This document shows positions 7,984-16,498 of a stretch of 36,007 nucleotides of DNA, piece after piece; position 1 is the first letter of the stretch; the number at the start of each line of letters is the position of its first letter. The stretch lies in the UHGV virus genome UHGV-0135626, one strand, 5' to 3'. A program made the position numbers and the translations under genes. The notes below the pieces were generated by a model, which saw only the letters and a program-made list of their open reading frames with translations, searched no databases and was not told where the DNA came from. The DNA comes from a virus.

Positions 7984-9558
7984 ATGGAATTGAACGACAA
8001 ACAAATTAAGGATCTGGTGGCGCGACGCCACCCGGAATACGAAAAGAAAAAAGAACATTGGGACTTCCTCGCCAGCACTTACGCTGGCGGGCGTGGTTGG
8101 TTTACAGACAATATCTTTCGTTACTTTAAAGAGGGAGATCAGGAGTTTAAGGAGCGAGTTGAACGTGCTTATCGCTTCAACCACACTCGTGAGGTGGTAA
8201 ACCTCATCAACAAATATCTCTTTAAAGAAGACATTCATAGAAATATCGAAGAGGCACCAGAGCAGATCCGCAATTTCTGGAAACGTGCGACTCGCCAGAA
8301 TGCCTCTATTGACTCATTTATGGCCGCTATTGATTTGCAGTCGTCTATTTACGGTCGCATATGGGTTGTTGTCGATAGCACGATGAGTGGTGATGTTGAG
8401 TCAGTAGCTGACGAGAAAAAGAAAGATGCTCGCGCCTACGCCTACTGGATTTCACCTCAGCAAATGCTGGATGTGGCATGGGACGACGACGGGAATATGT
8501 TGTGGGCGTTAATTGTGGAAGTCGCTCGTGATGACGCAGATCCTTTTACTTCTACAGGTCAGGAATACCAACGTTATCGTCTGTGGACACAAAACGAGTG
8601 GTATCTGTTCCGTGAGGAAGTGAAGAAGGGCGCTGGTGGAGCAGGTCGCCGTCAGGCAAAAGTTATTTTAGAGGATAGCGGTGAGCATAATCTCGGCGTA
8701 GTTCCTGTGTTTCCTGTTGATTGTATTGGAGAAAGTGAATCACCGTATTTCAGCCCATCGTTGATCGATGATATCGCTTATCTTGATCGTGCGGTTGCAA
8801 ACTATCTGTCAAACCTTGATGCCATTATTCAGGATCAGACATTTAGCCAGTTGGCTATACCGGTACAGTCGCTTTTACCTGGTGATGAAAACCACACTAA
8901 AGTGCTTGAAATGGGCACAAAGCGAGTCTTCACCTACGATTCTGAAGGTGGAAACCAGCCGTTTTATCTGTCACCAGACCCGAAACAAGCTCAGATGATC
9001 ATCACTACGATTAAGACGGTGATTAACGAAATCTACCATTCAGTTGGTGTAGCTGGTGAGCGAACGAAGCAGGACAACGCACAGGGAATCGATAATTCAT
9101 CTGGTGCCGCAAAAATGTATGACTTCCAGCGTGTAAATAGCTTGCTTGTCACAAAAGCAGAGCGTCTGGAAAGGGCTGAACGCCAAATCATGCTACTGGT
9201 TGCGAAATGGATGGGGGTAGATCTGGACGAAGACCACTCTTTAATTGCGTATCCAGAAAGTTTCGATATTCGTGGCCTTACTGATGAATTTTCTGTTGCC
9301 GAGAAACTGTCATTACTTCAGGCACCGGACTCTGTACGTCGTCACCAGATGGAAATGCTTATTGAGAAGATTTTCCCGAACATTACTGAGGCGATGAAAA
9401 AGGAATTTGATAAAGATCTCTTGAATTTTCCTCCAAAAAATGATCTAAATACCCTTGAAAATAAGTCAGTACTTACTTATGATCGTGGTGCGGCCCAAGA
9501 AAGCGGGCAAGATCAACCCCGAGGGAATGGGGACTCATCTACTCAAGAGAACGAGTGA
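7984..9558 (+). CDS. Portal protein
   Basis: 524-aa ORF directly after terL, with an acidic and Gly-rich C-terminus; assigned by size and conserved gene order. Confidence 0.75.
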   Translation: MELNDKQIKDLVARRHPEYEKKKEHWDFLASTYAGGRGWFTDNIFRYFKEGDQEFKERVERAYRFNHTREVVNLINKYLFKEDIHRNIEEAPEQIRNFWKRATRQNASIDSFMAAIDLQSSIYGRIWVVVDSTMSGDVESVADEKKKDARAYAYWISPQQMLDVAWDDDGNMLWALIVEVARDDADPFTSTGQEYQRYRLWTQNEWYLFREEVKKGAGGAGRRQAKVILEDSGEHNLGVVPVFPVDCIGESESPYFSPSLIDDIAYLDRAVANYLSNLDAIIQDQTFSQLAIPVQSLLPGDENHTKVLEMGTKRVFTYDSEGGNQPFYLSPDPKQAQMIITTIKTVINEIYHSVGVAGERTKQDNAQGIDNSSGAAKMYDFQRVNSLLVTKAERLERAERQIMLLVAKWMGVDLDEDHSLIAYPESFDIRGLTDEFSVAEKLSLLQAPDSVRRHQMEMLIEKIFPNITEAMKKEFDKDLLNFPPKNDLNTLENKSVLTYDRGAAQESGQDQPRGNGDSSTQENE

Positions 9559-9579
9559 TAAGTAACAAAAGGAATTTTT

Positions 9580-10467
9580 ATGAATCTGTGGCAAATGCTT
9601 TTGGCCCGTCGTGGTCTGATGGATGTCGCTGAAGCGCATGAGCGTGGAGGCGCTGGCGGTGTAGCTGCTGATAATGAGCAGAGTACACAAGATCCTGACA
9701 AACAGGGTGAACAAAAAGAGCAGCCGAAGGGTGATGACGAATACGCTGGCATGACTCATGAAGAGTTACTGGCCGAACTTCGCAAAACCAAGAAAGCTGG
9801 TGCTGAACTGCTGAAAGAGAACATGAAGCGCAAAGAGAAAGAGCGCACATTGGCCGATCAGCTTGCTCAGTACGGTGAAATCGACCCGGCGCGTGCTCGC
9901 CAGCTTTTAGAAGCTGAACAGGCCGCAGAAAACGCACGTCGTGAGGCGGAGCAAGCTGAACTGGAGCGTCGTGGTGAGTTCGATGCTGTTAAAAAACAGA
10001 TGATCGAAGCACACCAGGCAGAGCTGGCACAGCGTGACGAACGTTATGCAGCACTGGAAAGTGAAAACGCATCACTGAAATCTCAATTAGTCGAGATGAC
10101 CGTGGGCGCTTCCTTCAGTAACTCTCTCTTCCTACGTGACAAAGTTCTGATGACTCCGGCAAAAGCCCGCGTGATCTACGGTTCTCATTTTGAAGTGGGT
10201 GAAGACGGTAGCGTAGTGGGTTATGACAAACCGGCAGGTCACAAAGAACGAGCTGTTCTGGTTGACGGTGAAGGTAAGCCGTTGCCGTTTGAATCCGCGA
10301 TTGAACGCATTGTGCGGGCAGATCCGGAAGCTGACGCATTGATGCGTAGCGAAGCCAAGCAGGGTGTAGGCTCACATTCCAAATCGACCTACACAATATC
10401 CCAACCGAAGAACAAGTCGACTATGGATAAGTTGGCCTCCGGTCTGGGGAAAATTGGACTTAAGTAA
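9580..10467 (+). CDS. Scaffolding protein (putative)
   Basis: 295 aa between portal and capsid genes; long charged Ala/Glu/Arg/Gln-rich helical stretch. SD AAAAGGAA 5 nt upstream. No protease motif seen. Confidence 0.55.
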   Translation: MNLWQMLLARRGLMDVAEAHERGGAGGVAADNEQSTQDPDKQGEQKEQPKGDDEYAGMTHEELLAELRKTKKAGAELLKENMKRKEKERTLADQLAQYGEIDPARARQLLEAEQAAENARREAEQAELERRGEFDAVKKQMIEAHQAELAQRDERYAALESENASLKSQLVEMTVGASFSNSLFLRDKVLMTPAKARVIYGSHFEVGEDGSVVGYDKPAGHKERAVLVDGEGKPLPFESAIERIVRADPEADALMRSEAKQGVGSHSKSTYTISQPKNKSTMDKLASGLGKIGLK

Positions 10468-10492
10468 CATCTAAATCAAAGGGAATTGATAG

Positions 10493-11368
10493 ATGCCATT
10501 ACTGCGTGAAGAAGCTGAAAAGCTGTCTAACAACGAACTTGAACAGGGTGTGATCGAAACTATCATCGATCGCGATGACCTGTTTGCCATCTTGCCTTTT
10601 ATGAAAATTAATTCAAAGGCATATCTGTACAACCGTGAAAAAACGCTGAGTGAAGCTACCTTCATCGACGTTAACGACACCATCCCTGAAGGTGCAGCAA
10701 CCTTCGAAGAATGCGTTGCGAAACTGCGTATTCTGGCTGGTGACGTAGACGTTGATAAATTCCTGGCGACCACTATGGCCGACACCAACAACCAGTTGGC
10801 TATTCAGGTTCGTCAGAAAGTTAAAGGTCTGGCTCGTGCGTTCCGTCGCAACCTGATTTTGGGTGACTCCAGCTCCAACAACAAAGCGTTTGACGGCATT
10901 CCACGCCTGATGCACGCAGATCAGAAGATCGATATCGCCGGTGCATCTATGACTTTCTCTATGTTCGACGAACTGGTCGATGCGGTGAAAGATCTTGGTG
11001 CTGACTGCATCATGATGCGTTCAGAGCACCTGCGTGCTTACCGTGCGCTGCTGCGTACAGTAAACGTAGGCCCGTCTGAAATCATGATGGAGAACTTCGG
11101 TCGTCCGATGCTGTGTCATAACGGCGTTCCGTTCATCATCAACGACTTCATCCCGACCGATTCTGGCAAAGCAAGCATCTACTGCCTGCATCTGTCAGAA
11201 GAGAACGGCGTTACAGGTCTGTATGGCGGCGACAACGCAGGTATCGTTGTTGAAAACATTGGTACTGTACAGAACAAAGACGCAGTACGTACCCGTGTGA
11301 AGTGGTACTGCTCTCTGGCGAATAAGCACGATAAGGCTATCGCTGCATTGACCAATGTAAAAATTTAA
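10493..11368 (+). CDS. Major capsid protein (putative)
   Basis: 291 aa after the scaffold gene, SD AAAGGGAA, followed by a strong intrinsic terminator. Assigned by position and size. Confidence 0.65.
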   Translation: MPLLREEAEKLSNNELEQGVIETIIDRDDLFAILPFMKINSKAYLYNREKTLSEATFIDVNDTIPEGAATFEECVAKLRILAGDVDVDKFLATTMADTNNQLAIQVRQKVKGLARAFRRNLILGDSSSNNKAFDGIPRLMHADQKIDIAGASMTFSMFDELVDAVKDLGADCIMMRSEHLRAYRALLRTVNVGPSEIMMENFGRPMLCHNGVPFIINDFIPTDSGKASIYCLHLSEENGVTGLYGGDNAGIVVENIGTVQNKDAVRTRVKWYCSLANKHDKAIAALTNVKI

Positions 11369-11400
11369 TCAGTGCAGTAGATAAGTAATTATCTATGTTA

Positions 11401-11430
11401 AAGGGTGGGCTATACGCCCACCCTTTTTGT
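11401..11430 (+). terminator. Rho-independent terminator after the capsid gene
   Basis: AAGGGTGGGC-tatac-GCCCACCCTT followed by TTTTGT: 10-bp GC-rich stem plus T-tract. Confidence 0.8.
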
Positions 11431-11441
11431 AGGAGCGAGAA

Positions 11442-12362
11442 ATGCCAGAACAAAAGATGAAGATTACGGAAGAGGCATTTTCGGATTTTACGGGGCATAT
11501 GTGCCGTGCCGGATTTACCAATTCTATCTCCGATGAACCTTTAACCGAGCGACAACAAAGTCAGCTATCTGCTTGTTTGCAGGCGGTTCCCTTCTCCCAA
11601 TCCGTAAACATAACCCCGGCTTCACCGTCAGTTTTGGTTGGGAAAACTGTTCAACTTAGTGCAGGTATTACTATGGGTAAGAGTGCCAGTTCATTCACCT
11701 GGAAGTCAGCCAATGATCAAATTGCAACCGTCAACGGCACTGGATTAGTAACTGGCGTAGCACCAGGCAAAGTGAAAATTACCGCAACTGATCAGGAAAC
11801 CCAGCTTTCCGCGTCAGTGGAAGTCACCGTAAATCCGGTAGCCGTTCAATCCGTAACGGTAACGCCAGACTCAACCTCTGTTGAGAAAGGGAAATCAGTC
11901 AGTCTGAAAGCGAATGTTCAGCCGTCAAATGCGACGAATAAGGCAGTTACCTGGTCTTCCAAAAATGAAGACAAGGCAACGGTAGACCAGAGCGGGAACG
12001 TTACTGGTGTAGAAGTTGGCACTGCGACGATTGAGATCGTTTCCCAAGATGGCAGCAAAAAGGCAACTGCAACGGTGGAAGTAACTGCGCCTGTTGTGGC
12101 TGTTACTGGTGTCGAAATCGACCCAAATAGCACAACCGTTGAGGCAAACAAAACTGTTCAGCTGACCGCAAATGTCGAGCCGGCAGGAGCAACAAATAAA
12201 ACCGTTACTTGGGAATCCAAAAATACCGAGTTTGCAACGGTGGACAGCGAAACCGGTGTTGTAACTGGTGTTGCGGCTGGCACTGCCACAATCGAGGTTA
12301 CTACCCAAGATGGTAGCCACAAAGCGACAGCGACTGTAGAAGTTACTGTCGCACAGGAATAA
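11442..12362 (+). CDS. Ig-like (Big_2-type) repeat protein, probable head decoration protein
   Basis: 306 aa with three tandem Ig-like units of about 80 aa, each with a KAVTWxSKN...ATVDxxGxVTGV...GTATIE pattern. SD AGGAG 6 nt upstream. Confidence 0.7.
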   Translation: MPEQKMKITEEAFSDFTGHMCRAGFTNSISDEPLTERQQSQLSACLQAVPFSQSVNITPASPSVLVGKTVQLSAGITMGKSASSFTWKSANDQIATVNGTGLVTGVAPGKVKITATDQETQLSASVEVTVNPVAVQSVTVTPDSTSVEKGKSVSLKANVQPSNATNKAVTWSSKNEDKATVDQSGNVTGVEVGTATIEIVSQDGSKKATATVEVTAPVVAVTGVEIDPNSTTVEANKTVQLTANVEPAGATNKTVTWESKNTEFATVDSETGVVTGVAAGTATIEVTTQDGSHKATATVEVTVAQE

Positions 12363-12406
12363 CCGATATTGGGCGGCTTTCGCCGCCCATGTAGAGAGAA
12401 AGCGTT

Positions 12407-12841
12407 ATGAAACCAGCAAAAATTGTTTTATTAGAACCGCAATTTTCCGGTTATTCGGGAATGTTGTGCGGCGTTCAGTTCGAGAATGGGGTGTCCGTCG
12501 CAGAGTTGCCTTTTATCGATCAGCAGAGGATTTGTGCTTCAATGCGAGCGTCAACAGTAGAGGGCAAAAATGTTTCTCCGTCTGCCGCATACAGTGATCG
12601 TGGTGAATTGACCGCAGACCTGATTACCGAGCCAGCAGCGCCTGACATTGTGCCAATGAAACGTGGGACACCAGATGAACCGGCCAAACAGATTCAGACT
12701 TTCACACGAGAAGAGCTGGAGTCCATTGCAGACAACGAAGGTATTGCCGGTCTACGAGTTATTGGTAATCAGGTTGGTGTTAAAGCGAAAGGAATTGTCG
12801 AAATGATTGACGGCATCCTGAAAGCACAAGGCGGTGAGTAA
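12407..12841 (+). CDS. Hypothetical structural protein (head-tail region)
   Basis: 144-aa ORF; its stop overlaps the next start (TAATG at 12839-12843). Function not recognisable from sequence. Confidence 0.55.
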   Translation: MKPAKIVLLEPQFSGYSGMLCGVQFENGVSVAELPFIDQQRICASMRASTVEGKNVSPSAAYSDRGELTADLITEPAAPDIVPMKRGTPDEPAKQIQTFTREELESIADNEGIAGLRVIGNQVGVKAKGIVEMIDGILKAQGGE

Positions 12842-13674
12842 TGGCGCAGATCGACTCGTATCGTAGCGGTGAAGCTGTTTCTCTTTCATTTGCCTTCAAC
12901 GTGCTGGATATCGAATCTGCTACCTACACAGTAAAGGACAGCACCGGGGCTATTCTCGTTGATGGCGAGCCGCTAGAAATTACCAGCGGTCAAATGTCGA
13001 TTCCGGTTGTCGTGTCGGCTGAATATAACCAGCTCTCTGAGAAAGAGCGAGATCTGCGGTACGTCATTGTGAAGGCTGTTGCATCGGGTCTGACGCATGA
13101 AGAGCGGCAAATGTATGTTCTGCTGAATAGTTTTGAACTGTCGATACCAGAACAGTCGTTTGCAACTGTCGCTGATGCTCAAATGCAGGCGATCGATATG
13201 CTGAATGGGGACACTTTGCTGTCGGATGGTGAAGGCTTAATGCGCAAGCGTCTCATTGAGGCTACCAGACGAATTAAAACTTTACCGTTCTCAATCCGCA
13301 AAATTCTACGTATCGACTTTGACCGATACGATCGCCCTCAAAATATGCTGAATGTGTATGACATTCCGTGGGGAGCAGATGGAGCGTACCGGCATGATTT
13401 AGTCGATTGGGAAAAGATGACGCAGGAGAAGTTTGAAGAGTTCCCTGACTACTTCAAAGAAGCGTTGATGCTTGCCGTTGTCAACGAAGCGTGTGAGATC
13501 GCAAATGGCAATGATGTTGCCGCAGCACGAGAGGATGGCATTTTGTCAGAGTCCATCGGTGAAACAACCAACATGTACCGTACCGGTAAAGCTGCAAACG
13601 TGCATGTGGCTCGTAGTACCTGGCGCTTGCTGGTCAGTTACATCAACAACCGTATGATTGTTCGCCGTGCGTAA
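12841..13674 (+). CDS. Hypothetical structural protein
   Basis: 277-aa ORF, translationally coupled to the upstream gene, inside the structural module. No diagnostic motif. Confidence 0.55.
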   Translation: MAQIDSYRSGEAVSLSFAFNVLDIESATYTVKDSTGAILVDGEPLEITSGQMSIPVVVSAEYNQLSEKERDLRYVIVKAVASGLTHEERQMYVLLNSFELSIPEQSFATVADAQMQAIDMLNGDTLLSDGEGLMRKRLIEATRRIKTLPFSIRKILRIDFDRYDRPQNMLNVYDIPWGADGAYRHDLVDWEKMTQEKFEEFPDYFKEALMLAVVNEACEIANGNDVAAAREDGILSESIGETTNMYRTGKAANVHVARSTWRLLVSYINNRMIVRRA

Positions 13675-13753
13675 CGCCAGTCGCATTATTTACTTTTGGT
13701 CGAAAGGGTTTTTGGCCAGTAATGAGAGCGACCGACAACAACAGGGAGAGAGC

Positions 13754-14098
13754 ATGAATATTTCATGGCAAACAGAAATTGCGATCTACCGCTTTGGCGC
13801 AAAGAACGTTTACGGCGAGGCGCAATTACAATTCGTCAGGAAGACGAATGTCGGCGTGGTTAAGTTCGAACAGAGTAATGAGAAATCGTCAGTTCGTGCT
13901 GATAGCTCTGGTAGTCGTGGTAAGGCGAGTCTGGAGCTGTTTGATGCTGTGTTAGTTGTCCCTTTAGAAGCGGCTGTACAACTTGATGATGTGCTGATCC
14001 TTGAAGGTCAAAAATTAAAGGTGTCCAGTGTTCATCGCCGCTGGGGGCTACGAGGAAGACCTGGGCATCTTGAAGTGGGGGCGAATATATGGGTCTGA
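13754..14098 (+). CDS. Head-tail connector or head completion protein (putative)
   Basis: Start moved from the track ORF (13658) to ATG 13754 (MNISWQTE), which has SD GGGAGAGAG 5 nt upstream. About 114 aa, typical for connector proteins. Confidence 0.5.
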   Translation: MNISWQTEIAIYRFGAKNVYGEAQLQFVRKTNVGVVKFEQSNEKSSVRADSSGSRGKASLELFDAVLVVPLEAAVQLDDVLILEGQKLKVSSVHRRWGLRGRPGHLEVGANIWV

Positions 14099-14562
14099 AA
14101 TACGATGCGCATCAGTTCAAACGTGCGGGGAATAGACTCAATAACAGCCAGAAAGCATTTAAGCGATATCTTATTCGGGACATGGAAAAGCTGGCGCGTT
14201 TGGTTGAGCGTCTCAGCCGTGCAATGGCCCCGCTGGAAACCGGATCTCTGGAGACAGCCATCTTTGCCAGGGTGATTAAAGAAGGTTATTCAGGGCTGCG
14301 CATTGAGCTTTCTGTGTCTGGAGCAAAACCACGTCAGGGGCATCCGGGCGTAGAAGTAGGTGACTATGCTAAGTACATGGAGCTGGGTAAATACCGACTC
14401 GGTTATCTTTCTCGAATGAAGAACGTGACAAACCCACCAATTGCCGGTGTTAAACCCCGTGTTGGGCCACACTTTCTGGAAAGAGCGGTGGAAATTAGCG
14501 AGAAGCAGTTCTCAGAAGCGATTCTTGAGGCTGCCAGAAAAGCCGGATTTACGAGAGGTTAA
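14089..14562 (+). CDS. Head-tail joining or tail completion protein (HK97 gp10-like, putative)
   Basis: 157-aa ORF overlapping the upstream stop by 10 nt. Assignment by size and position only. Confidence 0.5.
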   Translation: MGLKYDAHQFKRAGNRLNNSQKAFKRYLIRDMEKLARLVERLSRAMAPLETGSLETAIFARVIKEGYSGLRIELSVSGAKPRQGHPGVEVGDYAKYMELGKYRLGYLSRMKNVTNPPIAGVKPRVGPHFLERAVEISEKQFSEAILEAARKAGFTRG

Positions 14563-14563
14563 T

Positions 14564-14947
14564 GTGTTTATTGAAGCGTTTGCAAGTTTGATGCAGAAGG
14601 CAAAGATTGGCACGGTCGGGACTGACATTTTCTGTCACTACTTGCCTGCCAATGTGAAATCTGGCGTCCTGCTTATTAACCCAAATACCGGCATCAGCAT
14701 CGATCATGAGCTACAGGGCTTTTATCACGAATCATTCACAATCATTGTGCGTGGTTCGTCAATTACTACGACGGTTGAGAAAGCCAATAAAATCATTGAG
14801 ATGTTTCCAGTAGAGGAAACGGAATCTGGTGGTGTTTATTTTCGACTTGTACGACCGATGGCGATGCCAATCATTTATCCCAAAAATGATGGGGCATTAA
14901 TAGAAGCAGGCATTCCTGTTGAATTTGCTGGCTATTTATTGAATTAA
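14564..14947 (+). CDS. Tail terminator or tail completion protein (putative)
   Basis: The track ORF (14441-14947) overlaps the upstream gene in another frame. A GTG at 14564 with SD GAGAGG 5 nt upstream, just after the upstream stop (14560-14562), gives about 127 aa. Start uncertain (alternative ATG 14591). Confidence 0.45.
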   Translation: MFIEAFASLMQKAKIGTVGTDIFCHYLPANVKSGVLLINPNTGISIDHELQGFYHESFTIIVRGSSITTTVEKANKIIEMFPVEETESGGVYFRLVRPMAMPIIYPKNDGALIEAGIPVEFAGYLLN

Positions 14948-14956
14948 CTCAATTGG

Positions 14957-14970
14957 TAAGTATATACTTA
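14957..14970. promoter_or_regulatory. Perfect 14-bp palindrome TAAGTATATACTTA upstream of the major tail gene
   Basis: Exact self-complementary 14-mer in the 74-bp gap before the major tail protein start; same TAAGTA half-site as the other intergenic palindromes. Confidence 0.4.
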
Positions 14971-15021
14971 CTATTAGCACAATGAATGCGTAGAATTAAC
15001 GGAAAAAGGAGTTTTCCATCA

Positions 15022-15768
15022 ATGTCTAATACCCATGTAAAAAACATCAAACTTGGTGCCTGTAAGGTGTCGTTTGGTGGTGTGGATTTGGGTTACACCA
15101 AAGGTGGTGTTCAGGTTGAAGTAGCCACTGAAACGCTGAAAGTCACCGTCGATCAGTTGGGGCAGACCGTAATTTCCGAATTAGTTCAGGGGCGCAACAT
15201 TACCATCACCGCGCCTCTGGCTGAGTCTGTACTCCAAAACATGGTTGACCTGATGCCTGGTTCTACTCTGAGCGAAGATGACAACTCTGTCACGATCACA
15301 TCTGCACAGGGCGTTAACCTGATTGATGTGGCGAAGGAGCTGGTTCTGACTCCGCAGGACACCACCGACTATGTGTTGACCATCCCGAAAGCGGCAACCG
15401 CGGGCAACTTCACTATGACCTACCAGTCTGATGATGTTCGTGTGTTCTCTGTTCAGTTCAGCGCATACCCGGATGATGAAGGCGTTCTGGGCAAAATGAG
15501 CGGTCCTAAACCGGTAAAAACTGTGTCGATCTCACCGGAATCTCCAACCGTAAAAGCTGGAGAAACTGTGCAACTGACAGCCGAAATCACTCCAGCTGAT
15601 GCCGCAGACAAAACCGGTGTTTGGGAATCCGAAGACCAGGAAAAGGCCACGGTAGATCAAACGGGTCTTGTGCGCGGTGTGGCGCAGGGTACTGCAAACA
15701 TCTCCTTCACCAGCAATAGCGGTTCTAAGAAGGCTACTAAGTCAGTAACGATTAACTCCGCAGATTAA
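15022..15768 (+). CDS. Major tail (tube) protein with C-terminal Ig-like (Big_2) domain
   Basis: Start taken at ATG 15022 (MSNTHVKN) with SD AAAGGAG upstream; the track ORF starts at 14986 without an SD. C-terminal 80 aa match the Big_2 pattern seen in the decoration protein, as on lambda gpV. Confidence 0.7.
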   Translation: MSNTHVKNIKLGACKVSFGGVDLGYTKGGVQVEVATETLKVTVDQLGQTVISELVQGRNITITAPLAESVLQNMVDLMPGSTLSEDDNSVTITSAQGVNLIDVAKELVLTPQDTTDYVLTIPKAATAGNFTMTYQSDDVRVFSVQFSAYPDDEGVLGKMSGPKPVKTVSISPESPTVKAGETVQLTAEITPADAADKTGVWESEDQEKATVDQTGLVRGVAQGTANISFTSNSGSKKATKSVTINSAD

Positions 15769-15782
15769 TCAGTAATTAAGCA

Positions 15783-15810
15783 GAGGCTCAGGATGAGCCT
15801 CTCTTTTAAA
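15783..15810 (+). terminator. Rho-independent terminator after the major tail gene
   Basis: AGAGGCTC-aggat-GAGCCTCT followed by CTTTTAAAA. Confidence 0.7.
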
Positions 15811-15823
15811 AGGATTTTAACCA

Positions 15824-16141
15824 ATGACCAAATTACTCGATCTCGATTCCATTCTGCCTCCGAAGAAAAGCATCAAATTTGGCGGTCAGGAATATCCCAT
15901 CGTTGAAATGACGGTAGGTCTGTTCGTTTCCATCAAGCAGATGGAAGGCAAAGATCTCATGAACATGTCTCCTGTTGAGCAAGTGACAGCTTATGCAGAT
16001 CTGGTTCGTAAGGTTATCCCTTCAGTACCTGACGAAGTTCTTGAAAAACTGACTGTTCCGCAACTCCAGCAGATCTTCACCTTCGCTATGGAAGTGATTG
16101 ATGAAGAAAACGAAAAAGCGGCTGGCGAAGGGGCAAAGTAA
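15824..16141 (+). CDS. Tail assembly chaperone (lambda gpG-like)
   Basis: 105-aa acidic ORF between the major tail protein and tape measure genes, the conserved siphovirus position. SD AAAGGA. Confidence 0.65.
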   Translation: MTKLLDLDSILPPKKSIKFGGQEYPIVEMTVGLFVSIKQMEGKDLMNMSPVEQVTAYADLVRKVIPSVPDEVLEKLTVPQLQQIFTFAMEVIDEENEKAAGEGAK

Positions 16142-16221
16142 TTTCCCGCGATGAATCCGGGACAAGGACCGTCTCAATAGATCTCGGATTCTATTTCAGT
16201 CGTGTAGTTGCTCACTACGCC

Positions 16222-16491
16222 GTGTCGCCATTAGAGCTACTGAACGTTCCTCTCACGATGTTCTGGATGCTCAGTCGCAATATAGACCGTCTGCGTGCGG
16301 AAGAGGATGTCCGCAACTTACAAGTCGCTCGTGCGTCCCAGGCGGATGGCGAGGCTGTGAAGGCGTTCATGGAGGGTTTGCAACTCAGGATTGGAAGACC
16401 AGTCGTAACAGATAAAGTCTACGATCCAAGCCAGGATAAGGCAGACCCTGACGCCAAAGAGCAACTGATGCAAATATTTGGCAGAGGATGA
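16222..16491 (+). CDS. Tail assembly chaperone extension (gpT-like), probably made only as a G-T fusion by -1 frameshift
   Basis: Frame is -1 relative to the G-like gene and open from 16105, overlapping the last 12 codons of G. The track ORF begins with GTG and has no SD. Candidate slip sites are GAAAAAG (16112-16118) and AAAG next to the G stop (16135-16141). Confidence 0.5.
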   Translation: MSPLELLNVPLTMFWMLSRNIDRLRAEEDVRNLQVARASQADGEAVKAFMEGLQLRIGRPVVTDKVYDPSQDKADPDAKEQLMQIFGRG

Positions 16492-16498
16492 CAAGGGA

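Noticed and set aside
12372-12389. Stem-loop GGGCGGC-tttc-GCCGCCC after the Ig-like protein gene as a terminator
   Set aside because: No T-tract follows the stem, so intrinsic termination is doubtful; it may be an RNA stability or processing element, but not listed as a terminator.
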